NCBI GenBank assembly: GCA_039804105.1
Contig: JBDRZU010000001.1
Coordinates: 1,218,602 to 1,282,601, forward strand
DNA length: 64,000 nucleotides
Source: a candidate division WOR-3 bacterium
Lineage (GTDB): Bacteria; Hydrothermota; 32-111
Reading direction: 5' to 3'
Shown here: positions 32,412-42,182 of the stretch, piece by piece
Numbering within the stretch: the stretch's first letter is position 1
Layout of the letters: each line of letters starts with the position of its first letter
The notes under the pieces: generated by a model
Told to the model about the DNA's origin: nothing
Databases searched by the model: none
The model's input: the letters and a program-made list of their open reading frames with translations, nothing else
Made by a program: the position numbers and the translations under genes

Positions 32412-33808
32412 TAGTGAAAAGTTCAAAGATTGAAAAAACCATAATAATTTTTACAGATATTTTAATAATTCTTCTTTCCTATCTTTTTGCTTTATGGTTT
32501 CGAATGCATTCAGGCCTTTTCCCAAGTTCAACTCCAATAACATTGACTTTTCAACATCTTTTAACTCTGTTTGGAGTCACATTTTTTCAGATTTATATTT
32601 TTTACGAAAAAGGTTTATATTCTGAAAAAAATTTTTTAAGAAGAGTAAAACAGATTCCCATAATAATTCAATCCGCTCTTATAACGATCATTTTTCTACT
32701 CTTTTTCTCCTACCTTACAAAAGGAAATCCTTTTCTTGAAAGAAGATCTGTTATCGTTGTTGCTTTTATCGTTGAGATTTTTCTTTTGATACTCTTCCGT
32801 CTTGTGATATTCAGAAATTTTTTTCATACACTTTTAAAAAAAGGTATAGGAAGAGAAAATATTTTGATCGTTGGAAACAGAGATATTGCGGAAAGATTAG
32901 AACTCGCTTTATATGATTTTGATAGGTTCAGATTTGTTATAAAAGGAAAAATTTCGGAAAATATCACAGTTGAAAATATCCAGAAAATTCTTGAACAGAA
33001 AGATATAGATACAGTTTTTTTAATCGAAGAAGGTATAGAAAAAAATGTTCTCGTAAATCTTATAGCACTCTGTAAGAATAACAATCTTCAGGTCTTTTTA
33101 CTTTCGAATATGTTTGATCTTGCAGTTTCAAATGTTGATATGACAACATTTGAAGGGATCCCGGTAATTGAGTTGACTCAGAAAAATAAATTTTTCAATC
33201 TCTTTTTGAAAAGAACCGTTGATATCATAGTTTCATTTTTACTTCTTTTGATTCTTTCGCCTTTATTTCTGATAATCGGTATCATAATTAAGATAGATTC
33301 GGAAGGACCAGTGTTCTTTTTGCAGGAAAGAGTTGGAAAAAATGGTAAAAAATTTAAAATGTTCAAATTCAGAACAATGTATAAAGACAACGATCAAAAC
33401 CTTCATAAAGAGTATGTTACAAAACTCATAAAAGAGGGCAAAAGGGATGACTCTGGATTATATAAGATAAAAAATGATCCAAGGATAACAAAAATTGGAA
33501 AATTTTTAAGAGAGTTTTCACTCGATGAGTTTCCACAGTTGATAAATGTTTTAAAAGGTGATATGTCTCTTGTTGGTCCAAGGCCTCCAATTGAGTATGA
33601 AGTTGAACATTATGATGAATGGCATAAAAGAAGGTTATCCGTAAAACCTGGAATGACAGGTATGTGGCAGGTATCTGGTAGAAACAGAATAGGTTTTGAA
33701 GATATGGTTTTACTTGATATTTACTATGTTGAAAATTTCAATCTCTGGCTTGATATAATTATACTTTTGAAAACTATACCGGCGATCATTAAAAGGGAAG
33801 GGGAATGA
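32408..33808 (+). CDS. Polyprenyl-phosphate sugar phosphotransferase (WbaP/exopolysaccharide initiating transferase family)
   Basis: 466 aa. N-terminal TM helices and a C-terminal bacterial sugar transferase domain (RPLFLQERVG-like region, LDEFPQLINVLKGDMSLVGPRP). Confidence 0.9.
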   Translation: MIVKSSKIEKTIIIFTDILIILLSYLFALWFRMHSGLFPSSTPITLTFQHLLTLFGVTFFQIYIFYEKGLYSEKNFLRRVKQIPIIIQSALITIIFLLFFSYLTKGNPFLERRSVIVVAFIVEIFLLILFRLVIFRNFFHTLLKKGIGRENILIVGNRDIAERLELALYDFDRFRFVIKGKISENITVENIQKILEQKDIDTVFLIEEGIEKNVLVNLIALCKNNNLQVFLLSNMFDLAVSNVDMTTFEGIPVIELTQKNKFFNLFLKRTVDIIVSFLLLLILSPLFLIIGIIIKIDSEGPVFFLQERVGKNGKKFKMFKFRTMYKDNDQNLHKEYVTKLIKEGKRDDSGLYKIKNDPRITKIGKFLREFSLDEFPQLINVLKGDMSLVGPRPPIEYEVEHYDEWHKRRLSVKPGMTGMWQVSGRNRIGFEDMVLLDIYYVENFNLWLDIIILLKTIPAIIKREGE

Positions 33809-34557
33809 ATCCCATTTTGAGTGTTAAAAATCTGAAAAAAGTTTATGGAAAATTTTTGCTTGATAACATATCTTTTGATATTTTTGAAAAAGAGATGGTT
33901 GGTTTTCTTGGTCCAAATGGATCCGGTAAAACCACCACGATAAAACTTATAATGAACAGTGTTCAAAAGGATGGTGGAGAGATAATCTTTGATGGGAAAA
34001 AAATAGAAAAGGATGATGTTGTTTTTAGAAAAAATATTGGATATATGCCTGAAAGTGGAACTCCTTATGAATTTCTGACTGGAAGGGAGTATATCGATTT
34101 TATTCTTGGAGTATTCAAGGTGAAAAAAGATGAAAATAAAATTGATGAACTTTTTAAAATCTTCAATCTGAAAGAAGAAAAAAAGAAAATAGGAAAATAT
34201 TCGAAAGGAATGAAACAGAAACTCCTCTTCATATCCGCAATAATTCACAATCCAAAACTTTTGATACTCGATGAACCATTCAACGCTGTTGAGCCACAGA
34301 CCGCATTTTTGATGAAAAATATATTGAACAGGTTGAAAAGTGAAGGAACCTCAATACTTTTTTCAACTCATACTCTTGAAATTGTTGAAAAATTGTCCGA
34401 TAAAGTGATTCTTTTGAATGATGGAAGAAAAGTTGGAGAGGGTGAGATCGGGCAGATAAAACAGGAAGGGGGAGTTGAAGAGTTCTTTAACAGGTTGGTG
34501 GATTCTTCTGAAAATGATGATAATTTAAAAAAGATAATCGAAATTATCAAAGAATGA
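33805..34557 (+). CDS. ABC transporter ATP-binding protein
   Basis: 250 aa. Walker A GPNGSGKTT, signature-like YSKGMKQK, Walker B LLILDEP. Confidence 0.9.
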   Translation: MNPILSVKNLKKVYGKFLLDNISFDIFEKEMVGFLGPNGSGKTTTIKLIMNSVQKDGGEIIFDGKKIEKDDVVFRKNIGYMPESGTPYEFLTGREYIDFILGVFKVKKDENKIDELFKIFNLKEEKKKIGKYSKGMKQKLLFISAIIHNPKLLILDEPFNAVEPQTAFLMKNILNRLKSEGTSILFSTHTLEIVEKLSDKVILLNDGRKVGEGEIGQIKQEGGVEEFFNRLVDSSENDDNLKKIIEIIKE

Positions 34558-36095
34558 TCAAAACGATAATTCCAGTTGTTTTTAAAGAATATTTTAGAAC
34601 GGATAACACAAAACGAATTTTTCAATTTATATTTTTTATAATAGTTCCAGTACTTCTTTTTCTATCCTTAACTTTAACAAATGCGTCTACATTCTCAAAT
34701 AAGGAAAGTGTTCTTCTTTCAATAGATTTTTTAATAACTATTCTTGTGATCTCTTTTTCTCTTCTCTACTTCTCCGATCCAGAAGATAAAATCTTTGAAG
34801 ATTATCCTGTTAACTATTTGCCTGTAAAAAAGTTTTATATCTTCATGGTTATCTTTATTTTTCTTTTTGTTTTTCTGCTGTTAACATTTTATCTAACTTT
34901 TATTTCTGTCTCTTTCCTTTTATCTTTGATCAAAATAAATGGAAACAAAATTTTTTCGTTAACAGATATTCTGTCTTTTCTCTTTCCATCTTTCCTCTCT
35001 TTACCTTTCAACTTATTGTTTTCAATTGTTTTAGGTGGATTTATAGGTCTTATGGTTAAAAAAATATCGGAAGTTTTTGAAGGAAGTTTTAAAAAATTTA
35101 TACTTTTTCTTTCATACTTTCTGATACTTCTTCTTTTTAGAAAATATTTTTCTTTTGTTTATTCTTTCATTCAAAAAAGTGATACTAAAAATTTTTGGTT
35201 TTTATTTTCTGTTATTGGTATTTCTTCAAATATTCTCCTTTTGATTTTGAAACTGAGTAGTTTTTTCCATTCTATTTTTTCGATTCTAATATTTGTTGGA
35301 TTATTTTCTATTTTCAGATTTATATCTTCGAAGGAATTTCTGTTACCTTTTCAAAAAGACATAGAATTTGATCTAAAAACAAGAGGATTCTATAATATTT
35401 CATCAGTTTTTCTCCTTATTTTCAAAAGAACTTTTACATTTTTAACAACGGTATTTTTTTCAAATTGGATCATGTTTCTCATTTTGAGTAGGATCTTTCC
35501 ACAGAAGTTATTCTTTATTACATTTTTAACTTTGGTTCTATATATTTATCTTTTTGTCTTTTTTGACAGGATTCTTCCATCGAGAGATGAAAATTACATA
35601 TCAATACTTGAAACTATTCCTGTTGGATATCAAAAATTTGAAGGAGTGGTTTATTTTTTCTACTATCTGTTTGCTGTTTTTCCAGTTATTTTAACCAGTG
35701 TTGTTTCGCTTTTAAACACAAACTTTTTCTTAAAATTTCATTTTATAAAAACTTTTGACTTCTATCTGTTTTTAATTTTCTTTCCGATCACAATGTCAGC
35801 GGTATTTCCTTTCTATTATTCTTTTTTTCCAAATTTTCTCTCGGAAAACAGAAAAGGTAAAAAACTCACAAAAGGTAGTTTACTTTTTGTTTTTATAATC
35901 TCTTATTTTTTACTTTCAACAGTTACATCAATTATCTCTGCTTATTATTCATCACCTGAATTGAGAATGTTTGTTAACAATCTTTTCTGGAAAAAAGGTT
36001 ATTTTGTTGGAAAAACGATTTTTTATTTTTTGATTTTGTTCTCAACATTTGTTCATTTGAAATCTTTTGTTAAGATTTTAAAATCTTTCAGGTAA
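34554..36095 (+). CDS. Multi-pass membrane protein, putative permease partner of the ABC ATPase
   Basis: 513 aa, highly hydrophobic with more than 10 predicted TM stretches. 4-bp overlap with the ATPase gene. Confidence 0.55.
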   Translation: MIKTIIPVVFKEYFRTDNTKRIFQFIFFIIVPVLLFLSLTLTNASTFSNKESVLLSIDFLITILVISFSLLYFSDPEDKIFEDYPVNYLPVKKFYIFMVIFIFLFVFLLLTFYLTFISVSFLLSLIKINGNKIFSLTDILSFLFPSFLSLPFNLLFSIVLGGFIGLMVKKISEVFEGSFKKFILFLSYFLILLLFRKYFSFVYSFIQKSDTKNFWFLFSVIGISSNILLLILKLSSFFHSIFSILIFVGLFSIFRFISSKEFLLPFQKDIEFDLKTRGFYNISSVFLLIFKRTFTFLTTVFFSNWIMFLILSRIFPQKLFFITFLTLVLYIYLFVFFDRILPSRDENYISILETIPVGYQKFEGVVYFFYYLFAVFPVILTSVVSLLNTNFFLKFHFIKTFDFYLFLIFFPITMSAVFPFYYSFFPNFLSENRKGKKLTKGSLLFVFIISYFLLSTVTSIISAYYSSPELRMFVNNLFWKKGYFVGKTIFYFLILFSTFVHLKSFVKILKSFR

Positions 36096-36154
36096 TATTT
36101 GATTTTTTTCGTAAATTTCTTATAATCTTATTATCTTAAAAGTAGGAGGAAAAA

Positions 36155-36880
36155 ATGCTTTTAGGTGTTAATATAGATCATGTTGCCACATTAAGGGAAG
36201 CGAGAAAATCTTTTGAGCCAGATATAATGACAGCAGCCATACTTGCACAACTTGGTGGTGCTGATGGAATAACGGTTCATTTGAGACAGGATCGAAGACA
36301 CATACAGGAAGAGGATATAGTTGTTTTAAAAAGTGGAATCTCTGTTCCCTTAAATGTCGAAATATCTCTTGATGATTCCATAGTAGAATTTATAAGAACT
36401 ATAAGGCCTGAGAAAGTATGTCTTGTGCCTGAAAATCCAGAAGAGATAACAACTGAAGGTGGATTGAATCTTCTTTCAAAAAGTGTTTATGAAAAGACAA
36501 AAAAAGTTGTAAAAAGGTTACATTCAAGAGATATTGAGGTTTCCATATTTATTGAACCTGATTTGAAAATGGTAGATCTTGCAAAAAATATTGGTGCTGA
36601 TGCTGTTGAACTAAATACGAAAGCATACTCAGAATGTGAAAATCTCAAACAGATTGAAAAAGAGTTTGAAAGGTTAGCAGAATGTGCAAACTATGCGGTT
36701 TATGAGAAAAAATTGATAGTGAATGCAGGGCATGGTTTAAATTATGAAAATGTTTCACCAATAGTTGAAATCGAAGAGATAAATGAATTGAATATAGGGC
36801 ACTCAATAGTAGCGAAATCAGTTTTTTATGGAATTGAAAAAGCGGTCAAAATGATGAGGGATCTAATTGAAAAAAGATAA
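36155..36880 (+). CDS. pdxJ: Pyridoxine 5'-phosphate synthase PdxJ
   Basis: 241 aa. N-terminus LGVNIDHVATLREAR and GHGLNY motifs are canonical PdxJ. Confidence 0.95.
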   Translation: MLLGVNIDHVATLREARKSFEPDIMTAAILAQLGGADGITVHLRQDRRHIQEEDIVVLKSGISVPLNVEISLDDSIVEFIRTIRPEKVCLVPENPEEITTEGGLNLLSKSVYEKTKKVVKRLHSRDIEVSIFIEPDLKMVDLAKNIGADAVELNTKAYSECENLKQIEKEFERLAECANYAVYEKKLIVNAGHGLNYENVSPIVEIEEINELNIGHSIVAKSVFYGIEKAVKMMRDLIEKR

Positions 36881-38216
36881 ATTTTTCTTTAACTTAATTT
36901 TTCTTTTTTTGTTTTTTTTAATTTCCTGTAAAAAAAATTATCTTGAAAAAGAGATAGAAAAGAAAACAGAAAAACCCCAGGAGAAATATTCATATTTTGC
37001 TGTTACTGAAAAAAATTTTAGAATTTATGATGAAAATTTTAACTTAAAAAAAGATTTTTCTTTTCAAATACCAATAGTTGATTTTTCAGAATTCAAAGAA
37101 AAAGTATATGTGGTGACTCAGGATCAGAAGGTTATTCTTTTTAACAGAAAAACCTTCTCCCAGGATTATCTGTTCTCATTTATTCAAAGTCCTACACTTT
37201 ATAAAATATTTTCAACAGAAAGAGGATTTTTTTATATATCGAAAAATAGATTGTTATATAAGGAAAAAAATAAAGAGGAAACGATAATTTCCGTTGATAC
37301 AAATTTTGTAAACATTTTCAAAAATCCATTTCAAAATTTTTTATACCTTGTTGACGAAAAGGGTTTTTTGTATTCGATAGATTCTTCAAAAAGGATTTTG
37401 AAAAGAAGGTTGTTTGTTGGAACCATCCTTGAAATAAAATTTGAAAAATATGGAACACGACTCATCGTTGTTTCCCCGAGGTCAACATTAATACTTGATT
37501 ATGAGACATTGAATATCATAGAAGAGATAAAAGATTATTTCACGAATTGTTTCACTTTTGATAAAAATCCGGAATTTTTCCTCTATTCTTCTGCTGATGG
37601 AAGATTGTTTATGTATAACGGAATAGATTATTCTCCAGAAGAAAAAATCGATGTAAAAGATAAAAATAGTGATATAAAGAGTTTCAACGATTCGATACTT
37701 GTTATACATTCGAAAACAAGAAACACTTTTGATATTTTTATTAAAGGGAAAAGGATCAAAAAATTTCAACTGGACATGGATCAAAAAGTTGAAATGGCTG
37801 ATTTGCTTGTTGATAAAAATATTTATCTTGTAAATGATTCTTCCCTTTTAGTTTACAACATGTTTACAGATAGTTTTAAAACCTTTTCTGTTAAAGAAAA
37901 AATAAAAAAACTTGAAGTGATCTCAGAAGATTTTGAAGAAAAGATTGAAGAAAAAAAGAGAACAGAACTTTATACGATCCAGATATATTCTCTTTCAAAT
38001 GAAATTTCAGCAAAGAGTGAGATTGAAAGGTTGAAAGCAAAAAATCCAAAGGATACTGTTTTTGTAAAAGATACAACGATCCTTGATAAAAAGATATATA
38101 GGGTTTATCTTGGTATCTTCGACAATATGGATGATGCTTCGATAAAAAGGGATGAACTCATAAAAATAGGTTATGGAAGAGATATTGTGATCAAAAAGAT
38201 AAAAGTAAATGATTGA
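36867..38216 (+). CDS. Lipoprotein with C-terminal SPOR (peptidoglycan-binding) domain
   Basis: 449 aa. Lipobox-like FFLISC. C-terminal YTIQIYSLSNE...YRVYLGIFDNMDDA matches the SPOR pattern. Confidence 0.65.
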   Translation: MKKDKFFFNLIFLFLFFLISCKKNYLEKEIEKKTEKPQEKYSYFAVTEKNFRIYDENFNLKKDFSFQIPIVDFSEFKEKVYVVTQDQKVILFNRKTFSQDYLFSFIQSPTLYKIFSTERGFFYISKNRLLYKEKNKEETIISVDTNFVNIFKNPFQNFLYLVDEKGFLYSIDSSKRILKRRLFVGTILEIKFEKYGTRLIVVSPRSTLILDYETLNIIEEIKDYFTNCFTFDKNPEFFLYSSADGRLFMYNGIDYSPEEKIDVKDKNSDIKSFNDSILVIHSKTRNTFDIFIKGKRIKKFQLDMDQKVEMADLLVDKNIYLVNDSSLLVYNMFTDSFKTFSVKEKIKKLEVISEDFEEKIEEKKRTELYTIQIYSLSNEISAKSEIERLKAKNPKDTVFVKDTTILDKKIYRVYLGIFDNMDDASIKRDELIKIGYGRDIVIKKIKVND

Positions 38217-39438
38217 ACCGAAACTTTTCAAAAACCTTTACAACCTTGAACACAGACCTGTTAAAACATACAAATTTGATCTGAAAAATTTCAAAAATTT
38301 TTTAAAAGAGTTTTCTTCCCCTGAAAATAAGATTGGGAAAATAGTTCATGTTGCTGGAACAAATGGAAAAGGAAGTGTTGTAGGGATAATTTCTCAAATT
38401 TTAATCGAAAGTTCATATAGAGTTGGGATATATACTTCACCACATTTAAAATATGTGAACGAAAGGATCAAGATAAATAACAGGATGATTTCGGATAAAG
38501 ATTTTAGAAAATATGAAAAAGTGATATATGAAAAAATTAAAAATAAAGGTAAAGATTATAGAACATTTTTTGAAGCTATAACAACACTTGCTTTTCTCTA
38601 TTTTCAGGAGAAAAAAGTTGACTATTCTGTTATAGAGGTTGGACTTGGGGGAAGGTTGGATTCAACAAATGTGGTTGAAAAATCTATCTCGGTTATTACA
38701 AAAATTGATTATGATCATACACACCTTTTGGGTGATACTATCGAAAAGATTGCTTATGAGAAAGGTGGAATAATTAAAAAAAATAGTGTTGTTTTTACAT
38801 TTCAACAGAACAAAAGTATTCTTGATGTTTTAAAAAGTATTGCTCATAAAAGAAAAAGTAAACTTATTGTCGTTGATGCGACCGATTATATAAGAAAAAC
38901 CGACGGTTTTGTGTACAAGAACGAATTCTTTAAATTTCAATATCCTTACTCATATCAGATAGAAAACGCGATTCTCTCTTTAAATGTTGCAAAATTTCTT
39001 GGTGTTGATGAAAAGAACATCAAAAAGGGAGTTGAGAATTTTAGAATCGAAGGGAGAGGTGAAATCGTCAGTAAAAATCCTTTTGTTATAGTTGATGGAA
39101 GTCATAATCCTGCGGCTGTTGAAAGAACTCTAAGTGAGTTAAAATATTTGTATCCGGGGAAAAAAATAAATACGATCTCAGTTTTTATGGTTGATAAGGA
39201 TTATAAAAAATCTATAGAGATTTTAAAAAAATATGCTTCAAAAGTTTTTTTAACAGAGATAAAATTTTTTAGATGTGCAAAAATAAAGGATTATGAAAAC
39301 ATAGATGGTGTGAATCTTTTTAAAAGACCTGAAGAAGCTTTTGAAAATGCTCTGGAAAAAGATAGTATCATACTTTTTATCGGTTCATTCTATTTGATTG
39401 AGAAAGCAAAAAGGATTTTAAAAAGTTATGGACTCTAA
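38209..39438 (+). CDS. folC: Folylpolyglutamate synthase / dihydrofolate synthase FolC
   Basis: 409 aa. P-loop VHVAGTNGKGSV and Mur-ligase-like layout. Confidence 0.9.
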   Translation: MIEPKLFKNLYNLEHRPVKTYKFDLKNFKNFLKEFSSPENKIGKIVHVAGTNGKGSVVGIISQILIESSYRVGIYTSPHLKYVNERIKINNRMISDKDFRKYEKVIYEKIKNKGKDYRTFFEAITTLAFLYFQEKKVDYSVIEVGLGGRLDSTNVVEKSISVITKIDYDHTHLLGDTIEKIAYEKGGIIKKNSVVFTFQQNKSILDVLKSIAHKRKSKLIVVDATDYIRKTDGFVYKNEFFKFQYPYSYQIENAILSLNVAKFLGVDEKNIKKGVENFRIEGRGEIVSKNPFVIVDGSHNPAAVERTLSELKYLYPGKKINTISVFMVDKDYKKSIEILKKYASKVFLTEIKFFRCAKIKDYENIDGVNLFKRPEEAFENALEKDSIILFIGSFYLIEKAKRILKSYGL

Positions 39439-39655
39439 TTTAAAACTTCTTGTTGAATTAGATAACAAAATTGAGGCAGAGATAGTAAAATCTCTACTTG
39501 AAAGTAATGGAATAAATGTTTTTCTTTCAACGGATGATGCTTATGGATACTATCCATCCTTCGATTTGGAAAGAAAAATAAAACTTTTTGTTTTAGAAAA
39601 GGATTATGATGAGGCAAAAAATATTATCACAAAATATAATGAAACTGAAGAATGA
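39428..39655 (+). CDS. DUF2007-like small protein
   Basis: 75 aa. The pattern ...EAEIVKSLLESNGINVFL... is typical of the putative signal-transducing DUF2007 fold. Confidence 0.45.
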   Translation: MDSNLKLLVELDNKIEAEIVKSLLESNGINVFLSTDDAYGYYPSFDLERKIKLFVLEKDYDEAKNIITKYNETEE

Positions 39656-40697
39656 GTTTTTAATTTTTTTGTTTTTATTTTTTTCAGTTTCCTGTTCAAA
39701 AATTCCCAAAGATGATCTTTTTAAAGAATACCTTTATATAAAAACACATAAAGATTTTAAAAATACAACAATAAACGAGAAGATACAAGAGGATATATCT
39801 TTGGTTTTAAAAAATCACAAAGTTCCCTATGGGGTCGTAATAATTTCTGATGCAAGAGATGGAAGAATTCTTGCTATAGATGAATATTCTCAAAGAGGAT
39901 ATGATTTTGGAAAATATATAAATAAACCACTCCAGGCCGCATCGATATTTAAAATAGTAACTTTTTTTGCTTCATTGAATTCCAATGTTTATAATAGCAA
40001 AGATACGATCAAGTATTACGATAGAATGTATTCAGAACTAAGAAACTACCTTGCGAAAAGAAAGAGCATAAGAATATATAACAAAACAACAGTCAAAGAA
40101 GCTATGGCGTTTTCAAACAATTCTGCTTTTGCTGAGATATCTTTAAAATTGAAAAAAGAAAGAATAATCGATTCGGCTGAACGATTGTTTTTTACTAATG
40201 ATAAAATAAAGGGAATAAACACCGGATATATTGAAATACCGAAGGATTCGAACTCACTTATAAAACTTGCATCAGGTCTTGACTATTCCTATATGTCACC
40301 TCTTCATGCTCTTCTAATAATAATGGCTATTGGTAATTCTGGGAAACTTGTTTTGCCCTATATAAACAAAAAAGATGGAAAAAAGACCATAAATGTTATG
40401 AATAATTATCTTGCAAACGAGATTTTAAATTCATTGTCTTTAACTACAAAAATTGGAACAGCGAGAAAGCAGTTTTCAAAAAATATTGACATTGCATCAA
40501 AAACTTATGCAAAAACTGGCTCGCTTTATGCTAACGATCCAGATGGTTATTATAACTGGTTTGTTGGAATATATGATGGAAGGAAAAGCAGATACGGTAT
40601 AGTAGTTCTTACTGTAAACGATCCTCAGTGGTCTGTTAAAGCCAACTATATAGCGTTTAAGGCGATAGAGTTTATAAGGAAATATGAGGAAAATTGA
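39606..40697 (+). CDS. Penicillin-binding-protein-like transpeptidase / serine beta-lactamase-fold lipoprotein
   Basis: 363 aa with SxxK (ASIFK), SxN (FSNNS) and KTG (AKTGS) motifs in order, plus a lipobox-like FSVSC. The start may be an internal Met. Confidence 0.7.
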   Translation: MMRQKILSQNIMKLKNEFLIFLFLFFSVSCSKIPKDDLFKEYLYIKTHKDFKNTTINEKIQEDISLVLKNHKVPYGVVIISDARDGRILAIDEYSQRGYDFGKYINKPLQAASIFKIVTFFASLNSNVYNSKDTIKYYDRMYSELRNYLAKRKSIRIYNKTTVKEAMAFSNNSAFAEISLKLKKERIIDSAERLFFTNDKIKGINTGYIEIPKDSNSLIKLASGLDYSYMSPLHALLIIMAIGNSGKLVLPYINKKDGKKTINVMNNYLANEILNSLSLTTKIGTARKQFSKNIDIASKTYAKTGSLYANDPDGYYNWFVGIYDGRKSRYGIVVLTVNDPQWSVKANYIAFKAIEFIRKYEEN

Positions 40698-42129
40698 TTT
40701 TTCTTCTTTAAACCTAAAAAAATTTTTGAACGATGAAATTGTTGATCTTTTGCCTTCAAGAATAGAAAAAGTTTATTTTCAAAAATTTCTTGAAGAAAGA
40801 TTTTTGACTTTTGAAACAGAGAAATTTAACTTAACTTTTCTCTGTAACAAAAATTTTTCCTTTCTGATGAAAGATAAAGTTGATGGAGAAAAGTTAAAAA
40901 TAAATTTTTCAGAACCTTTGAAAAATTTCTGTAAAGGTGTTAAAATAAAAAAAGTTGTTCAATATGGATTTGAAAGAATAATGACTCTTGAACTCTCCAA
41001 TGGAAAAAAGATTATTTTCAATCTTATTCCCTCAAAATTCAACATAATTATCACAGATGAAAGTTTTAAAATTTTAAACCTTTACTCTTTTCCCAAAAAC
41101 AAAGAGGGGGAACTTGTATATAAAATAGGAGATGAATTCAAAATTGAAGTACAAAACGATTATCTTTCCTATATTGATAACAGAACAAAAAAATTTTTAT
41201 CTGAGAAGAATTTAGATATAGAAACGATTTTAAAAATGGAGAACTATCTTCTTGAAAACAAAGGAAAGTTTACTATTTTGCCTTTTGTTGATGAAGGATT
41301 TGTTGTTTTAAAAAAGAGTTTTTTGATAACCGATCTTGTGAAGGAATATCTATCCTATGAAGAGGAAAGTTTAAAAAAGAAAGCAAAAGATGTGATTTTA
41401 AATCAGATTGAAAAAGAGATAGAGAATATAAAAGAAAAACTCAGTGGTAATGAAGAAGAAAAATTAAACCTCTTGTTAAATGAGTTAAATGAAAAGATAG
41501 AAACATTGAAAACGAATATTACAAATATAAAGGGAACAGGTATATTTGAGGCAGCATCCGTTTTTAACCAGAACAAAAAAATAGAGATTTTTATAGAGAA
41601 AAATCCTTTTTATACTCTTGATAAACTTTATAAAAAGGTGAAAGATGTAAGAAATGATCTTGAAAAGATTGAACTTTACAAACAAAATCTTTTAAAAAAA
41701 TTAAATGAACTTGAACAGAAAAAGGAAAATTTAGATAAAATACCTTTGAAAATAAAAAAAGAGAAAGAAGAAAAAAGGATAGGAAAAATTTTTTATTCTC
41801 CAAATGGATTTATGGTTATATGTGGAAGAAACAGTGAAGAGAATGACATTATAACTTTAAAGATAGCATCAAAAGAGGATCTTTTTTTTCATGCAAGAGA
41901 AGCTAAAGGTGCTCATGTGATTTTGAAAAAAGGTGGTAAAGAGCCAAAAAAAGAGGATATTTACTATGCTGCTTCGATTGCAGCATACAATTCAAAAGGA
42001 AAACATTCCAGAATTGTTCCAGTTTCATATACTGAAAGAAGATATGTTACAAAAAGGAAGAATAGTCCAAAAGGAGAGGTTGTTCTTTTACGGGAAGAGG
42101 TAATTTTTGTTGAACCAAAAGAAAGATAA
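40684..42129 (+). CDS. NFACT-family protein (FbpA/RqcH-like) with DUF814 RNA-binding domain
   Basis: 481 aa. Central coiled coil and C-terminal FFHAREAKGAHVILK, typical of NFACT-R/DUF814. Confidence 0.7.
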   Translation: MRKIDFSSLNLKKFLNDEIVDLLPSRIEKVYFQKFLEERFLTFETEKFNLTFLCNKNFSFLMKDKVDGEKLKINFSEPLKNFCKGVKIKKVVQYGFERIMTLELSNGKKIIFNLIPSKFNIIITDESFKILNLYSFPKNKEGELVYKIGDEFKIEVQNDYLSYIDNRTKKFLSEKNLDIETILKMENYLLENKGKFTILPFVDEGFVVLKKSFLITDLVKEYLSYEEESLKKKAKDVILNQIEKEIENIKEKLSGNEEEKLNLLLNELNEKIETLKTNITNIKGTGIFEAASVFNQNKKIEIFIEKNPFYTLDKLYKKVKDVRNDLEKIELYKQNLLKKLNELEQKKENLDKIPLKIKKEKEEKRIGKIFYSPNGFMVICGRNSEENDIITLKIASKEDLFFHAREAKGAHVILKKGGKEPKKEDIYYAASIAAYNSKGKHSRIVPVSYTERRYVTKRKNSPKGEVVLLREEVIFVEPKER

Positions 42130-42182
42130 TTGAATTAAACAGAAAAATAAGTTAAAATTTATATTATAAATCGGAGGTTTTT

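Noticed and set aside
33724-34248. 174-aa reverse ORF, with similar overlapping ORFs at 31171-31578, 5127-5537, 6630-7112, 956-1360 and 10526-10792.
   Set aside because: Each is antisense to a confidently identified conserved gene, or spans a promoter region. Each has a low-complexity product and no start-site signals.
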